Assembly (NCBI GenBank): GCA_021731245.1
Contig: JAKFXT010000015.1
Span: forward strand, 14,889 to 78,888
Direction: 5' to 3'
DNA from: Patescibacteria group bacterium
GTDB taxonomy: Bacteria > Patescibacteriota > Minisyncoccia > Phycocordibacterales > JAKFXT01
DNA: 64,000 nt
A model generated the notes under the pieces. That model worked only from the letters and a program-made list of their open reading frames with translations. It did no database searches and was not told where the DNA came from. Shown here piece by piece: positions 49,240 to 58,134 of this stretch. Position 1 is the stretch's first letter. Every line of letters begins with the position of its first letter. The translations under genes were made by a program, and so were the position numbers.

Positions 49240-49662
49240 ATGAATGAGAGAATAAAATACATATTTATAGTATCTGCCACCTTTTTGTTAACGCTCGTTT
49301 TGATTTATGGGACACCCCTTAGATACACAGATTTATTAGAGCCTAAAATTAAAGATGTTGATCCATCTGTTTTTTATCAAAAATATTCTCAAAATCCAGA
49401 TAAATATGTGTTTATAGATGTGAGACCCTTGGAGGCTTATAAAAATATACACGCGAAAGGATCGGTAAGTAAGCCACTCCATACTTTATATGATGAGCGT
49501 CATACATTGCCCAAAGATGATAAAGAAATTATACTAATATGTAGTGGAGGTCGTGCGTCAGGAGTAGGTTTTTTCTATCTTCAGCATTACGGCTTTACTA
49601 ACATAAGTCGTGTAGAAGGAGGAATAGAGAATTGGATAGAGAAAGGATTACCTACTGAATAA
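49240..49662 (+). CDS. Membrane-anchored rhodanese-domain protein
   Basis: N-terminal TM, IDVRP, HAKGS, ICSGGRAS active-site loop, GGIENW. Confidence 0.88.
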   Translation: MNERIKYIFIVSATFLLTLVLIYGTPLRYTDLLEPKIKDVDPSVFYQKYSQNPDKYVFIDVRPLEAYKNIHAKGSVSKPLHTLYDERHTLPKDDKEIILICSGGRASGVGFFYLQHYGFTNISRVEGGIENWIEKGLPTE

Positions 49663-49671
49663 TATTTACAT

Positions 49672-49926
49672 ATGAAGAAAATATACAAAATTACGTTTTA
49701 TATTTTAACAACGATTGTGGTATTACCTGTCTTTTCATTATTTATTGATAATCAAAAAGACGATTCTGTTTTTGTAAACACTGTCTCTGCCGATGTCCCG
49801 GCTGTTGTTGTTCCACCTCAACCAGCCCCCTACGATTATTCGGGTGGTGGATCATCAGGTGATGGTTCTTGTGATAGTGGTGGAGCTGATGGTGGTGGTG
49901 GAAGCGGTTGTGATGGTGCTTGGTAA
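49672..49926 (+). CDS. Precursor-like exported peptide 1 (Gly/Ser/Asp-rich core, 2 Cys, C-terminal GCDGAW)
   Basis: Hydrophobic leader, VSA|DVP, paralogous to 51064. Confidence 0.75.
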   Translation: MKKIYKITFYILTTIVVLPVFSLFIDNQKDDSVFVNTVSADVPAVVVPPQPAPYDYSGGGSSGDGSCDSGGADGGGGSGCDGAW

Positions 49927-49957
49927 GTATTTTTTATATTAAAAATTTATAGTAGAT

Positions 49958-51058
49958 ATGGATACTGAAAAACAAGACGATTTAGGAAAGTTGATAAAAA
50001 TTGGACTTCCCATTTTAATTTTAGGAGCTTTAGTTTTTGTTTTTTTTATAAATAGAGATTATTTTTTTAAAAAAGATGGAGTAGTAATGAAAGGTGCATC
50101 AAGTAGACAAGATTTGTCAAAGAAGAATAGTGATTTTGCTAAAGCAGAGTCACTCCTTAGAAATAATCCTAGCGAAGCTTTAATTTCATATAAAGAGGCT
50201 TTAGGTAATGCGTCTTCTCAAGAAGATTCAGATAGTATTTCTTTTAGAATAGCACTCGCAACATATAGAAGTGGTCAATTAAGTGAAGGTATTAATCTGT
50301 TTAAGAAACTTGTTTCTTCAAAGGATGTCTCTAATGTAACAAAAGCATATTCTATACAGTTTTTTGTTCAAGAATATTTTGCTACTAATAGTCAATCTTT
50401 GTTTGATTTAATATTCTCTGATGATCCATACAAGAGTTTTCTAAAAGATAATAATAAAGAAGGTGCAATAAGAGAGTTGGTTGAGTATGGTAAATCACTT
50501 CTTCCATTACCGTTACTAACCCTTAGATCAGCAGATTATAAAGCAAAAGATCTTATTATCTTCAAAAATGAATCAGATATAACCAAAGAAACACTTCTTT
50601 CAGGGATAAGTAATGATTTGAATATGGCGGAGGCGGGTATTGAAGCTCTAAGAGGAACACCAAATATAGATCAGTTGCCTGTTATATACAATAGAAAAAT
50701 GGTCCTTTTTACAAATTTAAAGCGAGCAGGATACATAATGGGGGATCCGGCAGATTCTTATGAAAAAGGAGTTAGTTTCTCTAATCTTTACAATGACAAG
50801 GAAACTTTGATGTTCTTACATTTAAATTACGCTATTTATTTGTTAATAGAAAATTCAGAAGCTAATGAAGAAAAGATACGTTCTATCTTAAAAAATATAG
50901 TTGAAGAAAAAGATAGAGACCTTAATGTTTTTCAATATTTAAAAAATAAAGCAAGTTCTAATAAGAATACAGATGAGTTTGTTAAGTTTATAATGGTTTT
51001 GGTTGACGTAGACGAATCATTCAAAGATTTACTCACGACATTAGGTTGGAAGTTCTAA
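49958..51058 (+). CDS. Membrane-anchored TPR-like protein
   Basis: N-terminal TM, helical repeats (EALISYKEAL, RIALATYRSGQLSEGI). Confidence 0.7.
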   Translation: MDTEKQDDLGKLIKIGLPILILGALVFVFFINRDYFFKKDGVVMKGASSRQDLSKKNSDFAKAESLLRNNPSEALISYKEALGNASSQEDSDSISFRIALATYRSGQLSEGINLFKKLVSSKDVSNVTKAYSIQFFVQEYFATNSQSLFDLIFSDDPYKSFLKDNNKEGAIRELVEYGKSLLPLPLLTLRSADYKAKDLIIFKNESDITKETLLSGISNDLNMAEAGIEALRGTPNIDQLPVIYNRKMVLFTNLKRAGYIMGDPADSYEKGVSFSNLYNDKETLMFLHLNYAIYLLIENSEANEEKIRSILKNIVEEKDRDLNVFQYLKNKASSNKNTDEFVKFIMVLVDVDESFKDLLTTLGWKF

Positions 51059-51063
51059 TCAAA

Positions 51064-51297
51064 ATGAAGAAAACTATTAAAAAAGCCATTTATATTATTG
51101 GTTTGGTTTTTGTTTTCCCAATGATTTCAATTTTTCTTAACAAAGAAGATAAAGTTGTTGACGTTGTAAAAATTGTCTTAGCGGATGTGCCAGTTAACAA
51201 TAATGTTCAAGATTATTATGGGGATTCCTCTAGTCTAGGGGGTGGTTGCGATGGGGCTGGGAGTGATGGTGGAAGTGGCTGCGACGGTTCTTGGTGA
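51064..51297 (+). CDS. Precursor-like exported peptide 2 (C-terminal GCDGSW)
   Basis: Hydrophobic leader, VLA|DVP, paralogous to 49672. Confidence 0.75.
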   Translation: MKKTIKKAIYIIGLVFVFPMISIFLNKEDKVVDVVKIVLADVPVNNNVQDYYGDSSSLGGGCDGAGSDGGSGCDGSW

Positions 51298-51314
51298 TTA
51301 TTTTAGAAAAAAGA

Positions 51315-51352
51315 AAAGGCGCGATGGACTTTTTCAAGTCGTTGCGCCTTTT
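51315..51352. terminator. Bidirectional terminator
   Basis: AAAAGGCGCGA...TTGCGCCTTTT with A- and T-tracts. Confidence 0.7.
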
Positions 51353-51370
51353 TGTTTGCCGTCCAAACAC

Positions 51371-52000
51371 TTACTTCATTTCACTTGTTTCACCACAGGC
51401 AATGAGTTGATGTATTTCTTCCGGACCGCCGCTACGATCGACGAATTTCATCATTACGTAACGTTTGATCTTGGAGTCAGTCGGAAACCAAGCGATTTGC
51501 ACCATGCTACTGGAGTAACCACTTGAGAGTCGGTAGGTCGTTACAACCTCGATTTTTATGGTGTCGAAAATACCAGCCGGAACTCTCACACCTTTTTCAA
51601 AGACGGAACTCGCCACGCTACTTTCAGCGTAGACCGTCACTCCCTGTTGCCGCGGATGGGGGTAGCTAAACTTTCCTCCCCCTGTAATTCCAGCCTTTAG
51701 CGGGTAATTCGGCATTACAAAAGCAGGTGAATACTTGATTCCATCACGCTCTAAAAGCTGATGGTCGTTGTTGTATATCCTAGTTGATAATCCTCGCCCA
51801 TCTTTCACTAAGAGCTTAAATCCGCCATCAGGAAAAATTTCGACAAACTCCTGTTGGACGATCCCAGCGACACGAGAATTACTCTCATAGTCGCATCGAT
51901 AACCCTTGTTGTAATCCGGTTTTGGAAATTCTTGCGACAGGGAGTTTCCAACAAGGAATGTAAGGAAAAGGCTCAGAATCAAAGCCACCGGCGTTTTCAT
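51371..52000 (-). CDS. Secreted orphan protein (DUF3108-like beta-sheet fold suspected)
   Basis: SD AAGGAG, signal peptide, V.VPAG.FDTIK motif. Confidence 0.6.
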   Translation of the reverse strand: MKTPVALILSLFLTFLVGNSLSQEFPKPDYNKGYRCDYESNSRVAGIVQQEFVEIFPDGGFKLLVKDGRGLSTRIYNNDHQLLERDGIKYSPAFVMPNYPLKAGITGGGKFSYPHPRQQGVTVYAESSVASSVFEKGVRVPAGIFDTIKIEVVTTYRLSSGYSSSMVQIAWFPTDSKIKRYVMMKFVDRSGGPEEIHQLIACGETSEMK

Positions 52001-52062
52001 CGAAGAGCGCTCCTTAATCTTTGAGTTTGGGGGCAAAATTGCCCATAAATCAATCCAATTCG

Positions 52063-52092
52063 ATTATAATAACAAAAAATCTATTCTGTCAA
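52063..52092 (-). promoter_or_regulatory. sigma70 promoter
   Basis: TTGACA-18 bp-TATAAT on the minus strand. Confidence 0.7.
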
Positions 52093-52144
52093 ATCTTGTT
52101 AAAAATATATTTTTTGATTTGTGTTGAGATGATATGCTTCTTTT

Positions 52145-52846
52145 ATGAGTAGGAAAGTTTTACATATTTTCACTTTTTTTGTTTTGGCGGTAGTTGTTTT
52201 AAGTATTTCAAGAGAAAACGTTTATTTTAGTATAGGGAGCTATTATTTTGGAGGTGGGGGATATGATTTAAAAAAGGCAGAAAAATATTTTAGGAAAGTT
52301 GTTTCAATAGAAGAAGATTATCCAAGAGTTCATTATCAGTTGGCAAGAATCAATTTTTTGAATGCTAGGTTTGCTGAAGCGAAATCGGAAATAAATAAAG
52401 AAATAAGTTTATATCCAGATTTCCATAAATCTTATTATATGGAGGGTTTGATTGCAGGCTATGCAGGGGATTTTGATACTGCAATTAATGGTTTTAAAGA
52501 ATTTCAAAAGTACGATTCTTTTAATTGGGCAGCGTACAATGACTTGTCTTGGATATATTTTCAAAAAGGAGATTTTGAATTAGCTAAAGATGTGGCAATT
52601 GACGGTTTAGAACATGCTCCAAATAATCCTTGGCTTTATAATTCTTTGGGTATTGCGCTACTTAATTTAAAAGAAATGTCTGAAGCGAAGATTGCTTTTG
52701 AAAAAGCGCTCCAAAATATTGATAAAACAACACCAGAGCAGTGGGGCAAGTCCTATCCAGGGAACGACCCTAAAATATATAAAGATGGTTATTTGGCCAC
52801 CAAAGAATCAATAGTTTATAATCTGGAGCTTTTAAAGCAATACTAG
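52145..52846 (+). CDS. TPR protein with N-terminal signal/TM
   Basis: HYQLARI, AYNDLSWIY, LYNSLGIAL TPR repeats. Confidence 0.85.
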   Translation: MSRKVLHIFTFFVLAVVVLSISRENVYFSIGSYYFGGGGYDLKKAEKYFRKVVSIEEDYPRVHYQLARINFLNARFAEAKSEINKEISLYPDFHKSYYMEGLIAGYAGDFDTAINGFKEFQKYDSFNWAAYNDLSWIYFQKGDFELAKDVAIDGLEHAPNNPWLYNSLGIALLNLKEMSEAKIAFEKALQNIDKTTPEQWGKSYPGNDPKIYKDGYLATKESIVYNLELLKQY

Positions 52847-52908
52847 GAAATATTTAGTGTGGATAAGGAATTAGAAAAGCTTTAGGCTATAGTGCTAACA
52901 TAGTATTA

Positions 52909-53805
52909 ATGGAGAAAAATTTAACCTCTTTTGCTAAGAATAATTTATACGCTTTAATATTTTTATTTGTTTTGGGCATATCTCTTTTGATTGGAACTTT
53001 AATTAAAAATGGTGGAGCCCCCATTAAGTCTTCAGAGTTTTCTTTTTATAGCTTATCTCCAAATGGTGAGCTCGGTGGGCGTAGCGTACCAGCTTCATGC
53101 CCATCTGATTTACACGATGACCCTACTTATGGAACAGCGTGCCAGTCGGCCCCGAATTCTTGTGGAGCAAGAGGTAATGGAACTTATCAATGTGGAGGAG
53201 TTTGTAATGCGACAGCTCCTGTTGCGGCAAATAATTATGGACAAGCTTGCTCATCAACAAATGCATGTGGCATAAGTGGGTCAGGAACATACAGCTGTTC
53301 TGGCACTTGCAGTGCCAACCCAGCGTTGCCTGCAGGATACGGACAATATTGCCAATCGCAACCAAATAATTGCGGTGTTTTTGGTCAGGGATACAGAGGA
53401 TGTAATGGAAGTTGTCCCGCCATTAGACCAGCTGATGATACAGATTGTAGTGATGTAGAAATTGAAGTTGGAACGACAACGACTATTACTATCCCACCTA
53501 ATTGTGAAATCGGAGGACCTGATTGTGAGGTTGTGACTACAATAATTCCACGCGACTCAGAGTTTGTTTCCCCTGGATCATCCTGTTCGATTTATTGGGA
53601 TGCAAGTCCTGCAACAAGATGTACTATAGTGGGACCAAGTGTAAATAGGCAAAATGAGCCACCATCAGGGTTGTTTGTAACACCAAGAATAGGAGTAGAT
53701 ACTCCAGGATCAGCCACTTACACCATAACTTGTTATAACGGAAACACTCTTGCTGCAGAGAGAAGATTCTCTTGTCGCTTGAATCCTAATTTCCAAGAAG
53801 TATAA
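52909..53805 (+). CDS. Membrane-anchored Cys-rich repeat protein
   Basis: TM helix; three YG..C.S..N.CG..G.G...C.G.C.A repeats; 20 Cys; beta-rich C-terminus. Confidence 0.75.
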   Translation: MEKNLTSFAKNNLYALIFLFVLGISLLIGTLIKNGGAPIKSSEFSFYSLSPNGELGGRSVPASCPSDLHDDPTYGTACQSAPNSCGARGNGTYQCGGVCNATAPVAANNYGQACSSTNACGISGSGTYSCSGTCSANPALPAGYGQYCQSQPNNCGVFGQGYRGCNGSCPAIRPADDTDCSDVEIEVGTTTTITIPPNCEIGGPDCEVVTTIIPRDSEFVSPGSSCSIYWDASPATRCTIVGPSVNRQNEPPSGLFVTPRIGVDTPGSATYTITCYNGNTLAAERRFSCRLNPNFQEV

Positions 53806-53890
53806 GATTCTTATAAGGAAAAGTGTCTAAAACGAAGAGCTTTTTAAGTATTGCTAAACCCAAATTCTTTTGTTAGAGTAAGTCGCTATT

Positions 53891-54619
53891 ATGGCAGTAG
53901 AAACAGGAGAAATAGAAAACCCAACCATAGAACGACTCTTTAAAGCGGGTGTTCAATACGCCTACTCTAAATCACGAAGACATCCATCTGTGTCGCCTTT
54001 TATATTTGGTTCTAAAAATCGCGTTGAAATCTTCAATCTAGAAACTGTCTTCGGGGCTCTTACACTCTCTAAAGAATTCGTTAAAAGTCTTGGAAAAGAA
54101 AGAAAGGTTGTTTTAATAGTTGGAGGAAAACAAGAAGCTAGAGAAATAGTAGAGAGAGCCGCGGATTCTATTGGTATGCCAAGAGTTGCGGGAAGATTTA
54201 TTGGAGGCAGTCTTACTAATTTTCCTCAAATCAGAAAGCGTGTAGAAAAATTGGAAAAATTCTTGGAAGAAAAAGAGTCCGGTGAACTCAATCGCTATAC
54301 AAAAAAAGAACGATTACTTATTGATAGAGAAATCGCTCGTCTAACTCATAATTTCGGTGGAATTAGAACTATGAAAGCGCTTCCCGCAGCTCTCATTGTT
54401 ATTGATTCAAAGCGCGAGAATATCGCTGTTAAAGAAGCCAAAGATTTGGGAATTCCAGTTATAGCTCTACTTAACTCAGATTGTAATTTAAAAGAAGTGG
54501 CTTACCCTGTGCCAGGCAATGACTCACTTAAGAGCAGTATCTCCATTTTCCTTGAGGAAATGACTGAGGCTTATAAAGAAGGACAGAAAAGTATAACAAC
54601 TAGCCCAGAACTTTCTTAA
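53891..54619 (+). CDS. rpsB: 30S ribosomal protein S2
   Basis: AGV.Y, RFIGGSLTNF, YTKKE, DCN, PGND. Confidence 0.95.
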   Translation: MAVETGEIENPTIERLFKAGVQYAYSKSRRHPSVSPFIFGSKNRVEIFNLETVFGALTLSKEFVKSLGKERKVVLIVGGKQEAREIVERAADSIGMPRVAGRFIGGSLTNFPQIRKRVEKLEKFLEEKESGELNRYTKKERLLIDREIARLTHNFGGIRTMKALPAALIVIDSKRENIAVKEAKDLGIPVIALLNSDCNLKEVAYPVPGNDSLKSSISIFLEEMTEAYKEGQKSITTSPELS

Positions 54620-54662
54620 AGTTTTTTAGTTTTTAAGTGGTTCCTTTTAATATTTTTTTATT

Positions 54663-55241
54663 ATGATTACAACTGAACAAATAAAGCAATTGCGTGATCA
54701 GACAGGTATTTCTGTAATGCAGTGTAAAAAAGCACTTGAAGAGGCGGGCGGGGATATGGAAAAGGCTTTAATAATTTTAAGAAAAAAAAGTAGTGACATT
54801 GCTGCTAAAAAGGGAGATAGAGAACTTGGTTCTGGTGCTATTGGTTCATATTTGCACAATAGCGGCACAATTGGTGCCATGGTGGTTCTCCAAAGTGAAA
54901 CAGATTTCGTATCAAAAAATGAAGAGTTTAGAAAGTTGGCATATGATATCGCCATGCATGTTGCAGCGAGTAATCCAACTTATCTTTCTATGCAAGATAT
55001 TCCAGAAAACGACATGAAAAAAGCTGGGGAAGTTTTTGAAAAAGAGGCGGAAGGAAAACCAGCCGAAATGCGCGAAAAGATAGTAAAAGGGAAATTAGAA
55101 GCATACTTTAAAGATAAGGTTTTGCTTGAACAGCCGTTTATAAAGAATCCTGATGTGACCATTAACACTCTGCTTTCTGAAGCGGTGCAAAAGTTCGGTG
55201 AACGCGTGGCCATCTCTACCTTCACAAGATTAAGCGCTTAG
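54663..55241 (+). CDS. tsf: Elongation factor Ts (short form)
   Basis: LRDQTG.S.M.CKKAL, SETDFV, IAMHVAA. Confidence 0.96.
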   Translation: MITTEQIKQLRDQTGISVMQCKKALEEAGGDMEKALIILRKKSSDIAAKKGDRELGSGAIGSYLHNSGTIGAMVVLQSETDFVSKNEEFRKLAYDIAMHVAASNPTYLSMQDIPENDMKKAGEVFEKEAEGKPAEMREKIVKGKLEAYFKDKVLLEQPFIKNPDVTINTLLSEAVQKFGERVAISTFTRLSA

Positions 55242-55248
55242 TCACAAC

Positions 55249-55418
55249 AAATCAATTCTCGCTTTTTTGACGAGAATTAATTTGAGGTGCGGAAAGGGGG
55301 TCGGGGAAAACTTTAGGTTTCCCCGTGGAGGAAAGCAGCGAGTAAAGCGAGCGTTGAGAACCGAGGGATTCTCAAAAATAAAATATCTAATTGGATTTCT
55401 ACGAGATATTTTATTTTT
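55249..55418. repeat. Multi-hairpin intergenic element (MITE/REP-like or structured RNA)
   Basis: Four adjacent hairpins, including CGGGGAAA..TTTCCCCG and TTGAGAA..TTCTCAA. Confidence 0.45.
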
Positions 55419-55433
55419 GCTATAATTAGTAAT

Positions 55434-55868
55434 ATGGGACTTATTTATATATTTTTTTCGTCGCTAGCTGGGATACTAATTTTGATATCTCTTAAAGCTT
55501 GGGAGCTACATCGTGGAGCTAAGCCTTTTTCTGTTTTGCGTTATAGGCTAGATATTATTGTCAGGAGAAGTGTAGAAAATATTAAATTACACGCTCGTTA
55601 TATAAGTTGGACAACCGCTCGTATTACACTTGCTTTTATTGTGGCAAAGATTGTTGATTTCCTGACTTTAATTTGGCAAAAACTTACTAATTCAGAATTC
55701 TTCAAATTAATTAGAGGTAAAGTTATTCCTAAAGCGTCCGGCCCCGTTTCTGCATTCCTTAAAGATGTAGCTGAATTCAAAAGCGCTGGAGTTGTGGGAA
55801 GTGAGGAAATGAAAAAAGAGTTTGAAAAGGAGGTTGAAAAATCTGTTGAGGTTGATTTAAAAAAGTAG
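55434..55868 (+). CDS. Hypothetical membrane protein
   Basis: N-terminal TM helix; preceded by TGCTATAAT. Confidence 0.65.
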   Translation: MGLIYIFFSSLAGILILISLKAWELHRGAKPFSVLRYRLDIIVRRSVENIKLHARYISWTTARITLAFIVAKIVDFLTLIWQKLTNSEFFKLIRGKVIPKASGPVSAFLKDVAEFKSAGVVGSEEMKKEFEKEVEKSVEVDLKK

Positions 55869-55911
55869 ATATTTTGCCATTTTGTAAGTATTTGTTAGAG
55901 TAGGCACTATT

Positions 55912-55987
55912 GCCGGGATAGCTCAGTTGGTAGAGCAACGGTTTTGTAAACCGTAGGTCGGAGGTTCGAACCCTCTTCCCGGCTCCA
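55912..55987 (+). tRNA. tRNA-Thr(TGT)
   Basis: GCCGGGA acceptor stem, AGCTCAGTTGGTAGAGC D-arm, ACGGT-TTTGTAA-ACCGT anticodon arm, GTTCGAA T-loop, encoded CCA. Confidence 0.97.
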
Positions 55988-55994
55988 ATTTTTT

Positions 55995-56025
55995 AAAAAC
56001 ACCCGAGTTTTCTGGGTGTTTTTTT
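55995..56025 (+). terminator. Terminator after tRNA
   Basis: AAAAACACCC...GGGTGTTTTTTT. Confidence 0.75.
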
Positions 56026-56056
56026 GATATAATTATGGAAATTAATTTTAATAAAA

Positions 56057-57232
56057 ATGGAGAGCCATCCCAGTCAATCAAATTCTTCTAGTAATTTTCC
56101 AAAAGGCTTTCTCTGGGGTTCTGCCACTGCTTCTTATCAAGTGGAAGGTGGAATAGAAAATAACGATTGGGCCAAGGCGGGAAGAGAGGGAAAGGTTCCT
56201 CCTGCGGGCATATCCTCCGATCATTACAATAGATATGAGAAGGATTTCGATATTGCTCAATCTCTCTCTCAAAACACTCACAGATTATCAATTGAGTGGG
56301 CGAGAATTGAACCCCATGAAGGGCAATTTGACGAAAAAGAAATAGAGCATTACAGAAGAGTCATTCAGTCCTTGAAACGGCGTGGACTTGAGCCTTTTGT
56401 AACACTTTGGCATTTTACCTTGCCGATTTGGTTTGCCGATAAGGGTGGCTTTGAAAATGAAGAATCTCCAAAGATTTTTGCTAGATATTGTAAATATGTC
56501 GTTAGTAAATTAGGGGATGAGGCAGAATTTTGGATGACTATAAACGAACCTCTGATTTGGGCGTCCGGTAGTTATTTTAGAGGTAAGTGGCCACCTTTTA
56601 AGAAAAATATTTTCAAATTTATTAGAGTACAGTCGTCTTTAGTTGAGTCTCACACTCTAGCTTTTAAAAGTATGAAAGAAATAAATTCAAATTTGAAAAT
56701 TGGAATAGCAAAAAATAATATGTATTTTGGAGCGGATAATAAAGTATGGAACATAATTGCTAAAAACTTTATGAATTGGTTTTGGAATGAAAGGTTTTTG
56801 GATAAAATATCGGGTCACCAAGATTTTATAGGATTGAATCATTATTTTTATGTGAAATTTGGCGATAAAGATAAATTGCCAAAAACAGATATGAATTGGG
56901 ATATATTTCCAGAGGCAATTTACAAATGTTTAGTTCAATTAAAAAAATATAATAAACCAATTTATATTACAGAAAATGGCATTGCCGATGAAAAGGATGT
57001 AATGAGAGGGGATTTTATAAAAGATTATTTAAAATTTGTTAAAAAGGCGATTGATGAAGGGGTGGATGTGAAAGGGTATTTTCACTGGTCACTACTGGAT
57101 AATTTTGAATGGTCATTTGGTTTTGATAAAAAATTTGGTTTAGTAGAAATAGTCCCGAAAACACTTGAAAGAAAAATAAGATCGTCTGCTTATATTTATA
57201 AAAAGATAGCCGAAAATAATTCAATTGTATGA
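56057..57232 (+). CDS. Glycoside hydrolase family 1 (beta-glucosidase)
   Basis: FLWGSATASYQVEG, TINEP, ITENG, WSLLDNFEW. Confidence 0.93.
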   Translation: MESHPSQSNSSSNFPKGFLWGSATASYQVEGGIENNDWAKAGREGKVPPAGISSDHYNRYEKDFDIAQSLSQNTHRLSIEWARIEPHEGQFDEKEIEHYRRVIQSLKRRGLEPFVTLWHFTLPIWFADKGGFENEESPKIFARYCKYVVSKLGDEAEFWMTINEPLIWASGSYFRGKWPPFKKNIFKFIRVQSSLVESHTLAFKSMKEINSNLKIGIAKNNMYFGADNKVWNIIAKNFMNWFWNERFLDKISGHQDFIGLNHYFYVKFGDKDKLPKTDMNWDIFPEAIYKCLVQLKKYNKPIYITENGIADEKDVMRGDFIKDYLKFVKKAIDEGVDVKGYFHWSLLDNFEWSFGFDKKFGLVEIVPKTLERKIRSSAYIYKKIAENNSIV

Positions 57233-58134
57233 ATCCCGATTTAGCTTTTACTATTTCAATAGCATTTGTTCTAGTTGGGCAGATTCTTAATGCTGCGATA
57301 GTCCTAATAGATAAATACATAGTTACCAAAACCACTATTAGTAGTCCTGGGGCATACGCCTTCTTTGTGAGTCTTATGTCTGGAGTTGTTCTCATATTGG
57401 TTCCATTTGGAGTTATAGGACTACCTGATTATGAAACCATATGGCTTTCTTTGGATATTGGTCTTATTTTTGTCGCATCCATAGTTCTTCTTTATAGGGC
57501 ACTTAAACATGCTAACGCAACGGATGTTGTCGCATGGCTTACAGCAATTTCTACTATAACCACATTCATTTTTGGTGTTATTTTTCTGGACGAACAGTTA
57601 CCAAAGAATTTTCCATATGCCATGGCACTTTTCATACTAGGTATTCTTTTTGTGGGTCATTTTCGTTTTTACGCTCTTTCCTTTATTCAAGTGGTAGTGT
57701 CCGGAATACTTTTCGGTTTGTCCGCTGTTCTTTTGAAAGTTCTTTTTTCTCATGCCAGTTTTATTGATGGATTTTTTTGGTCACGTATGGGAAATTTGGT
57801 CGCTGCTTTAGCCCTACTAATTCTTCCATCTATTAGGAGTCATGTGTTTACCACATCTAAAAACACAACTCATAAAACTGGTTTTCTGGTTATAGCGAAT
57901 AGAATTTTGGGTGGAGTGGCATTCCTTTGTATATTATATGCAATTCAACTTGGTTCGGTTTCAGTGGTCAATGCGCTTTCATCTTTGCAATTCGTTTTTA
58001 TTTTCCTACTGATACTTTTCTTTGCCAAGAAACTGCCTGATTTGTACCATCACGAGTTCCGTCCGGGACACATTCTTCATAAAGTTGTAGCTATGCTATT
58101 TATAGTTCTTGGTTTTGCAGTACTATTCCTATGA
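57229..58134 (+). CDS. EamA/DMT-like membrane transporter
   Basis: About 10 TM helices, two-domain pattern, IDKY, GSVSVVNAL. Confidence 0.7.
   Translation: MNPDLAFTISIAFVLVGQILNAAIVLIDKYIVTKTTISSPGAYAFFVSLMSGVVLILVPFGVIGLPDYETIWLSLDIGLIFVASIVLLYRALKHANATDVVAWLTAISTITTFIFGVIFLDEQLPKNFPYAMALFILGILFVGHFRFYALSFIQVVVSGILFGLSAVLLKVLFSHASFIDGFFWSRMGNLVAALALLILPSIRSHVFTTSKNTTHKTGFLVIANRILGGVAFLCILYAIQLGSVSVVNALSSLQFVFIFLLILFFAKKLPDLYHHEFRPGHILHKVVAMLFIVLGFAVLFL

Noticed and set aside
51242-51526. 94-aa ORF overlapping peptide 2
   Set aside because: Crosses a terminator and overlaps two better-supported genes
55321-55345. SRP RNA or RNase P RNA suggested by GAGGAAAGCAGC
   Set aside because: The SRP CAGG..GRAA..AGCA helix and the RNase P P4 partner sequences are not evident; the region is too short for RNase P
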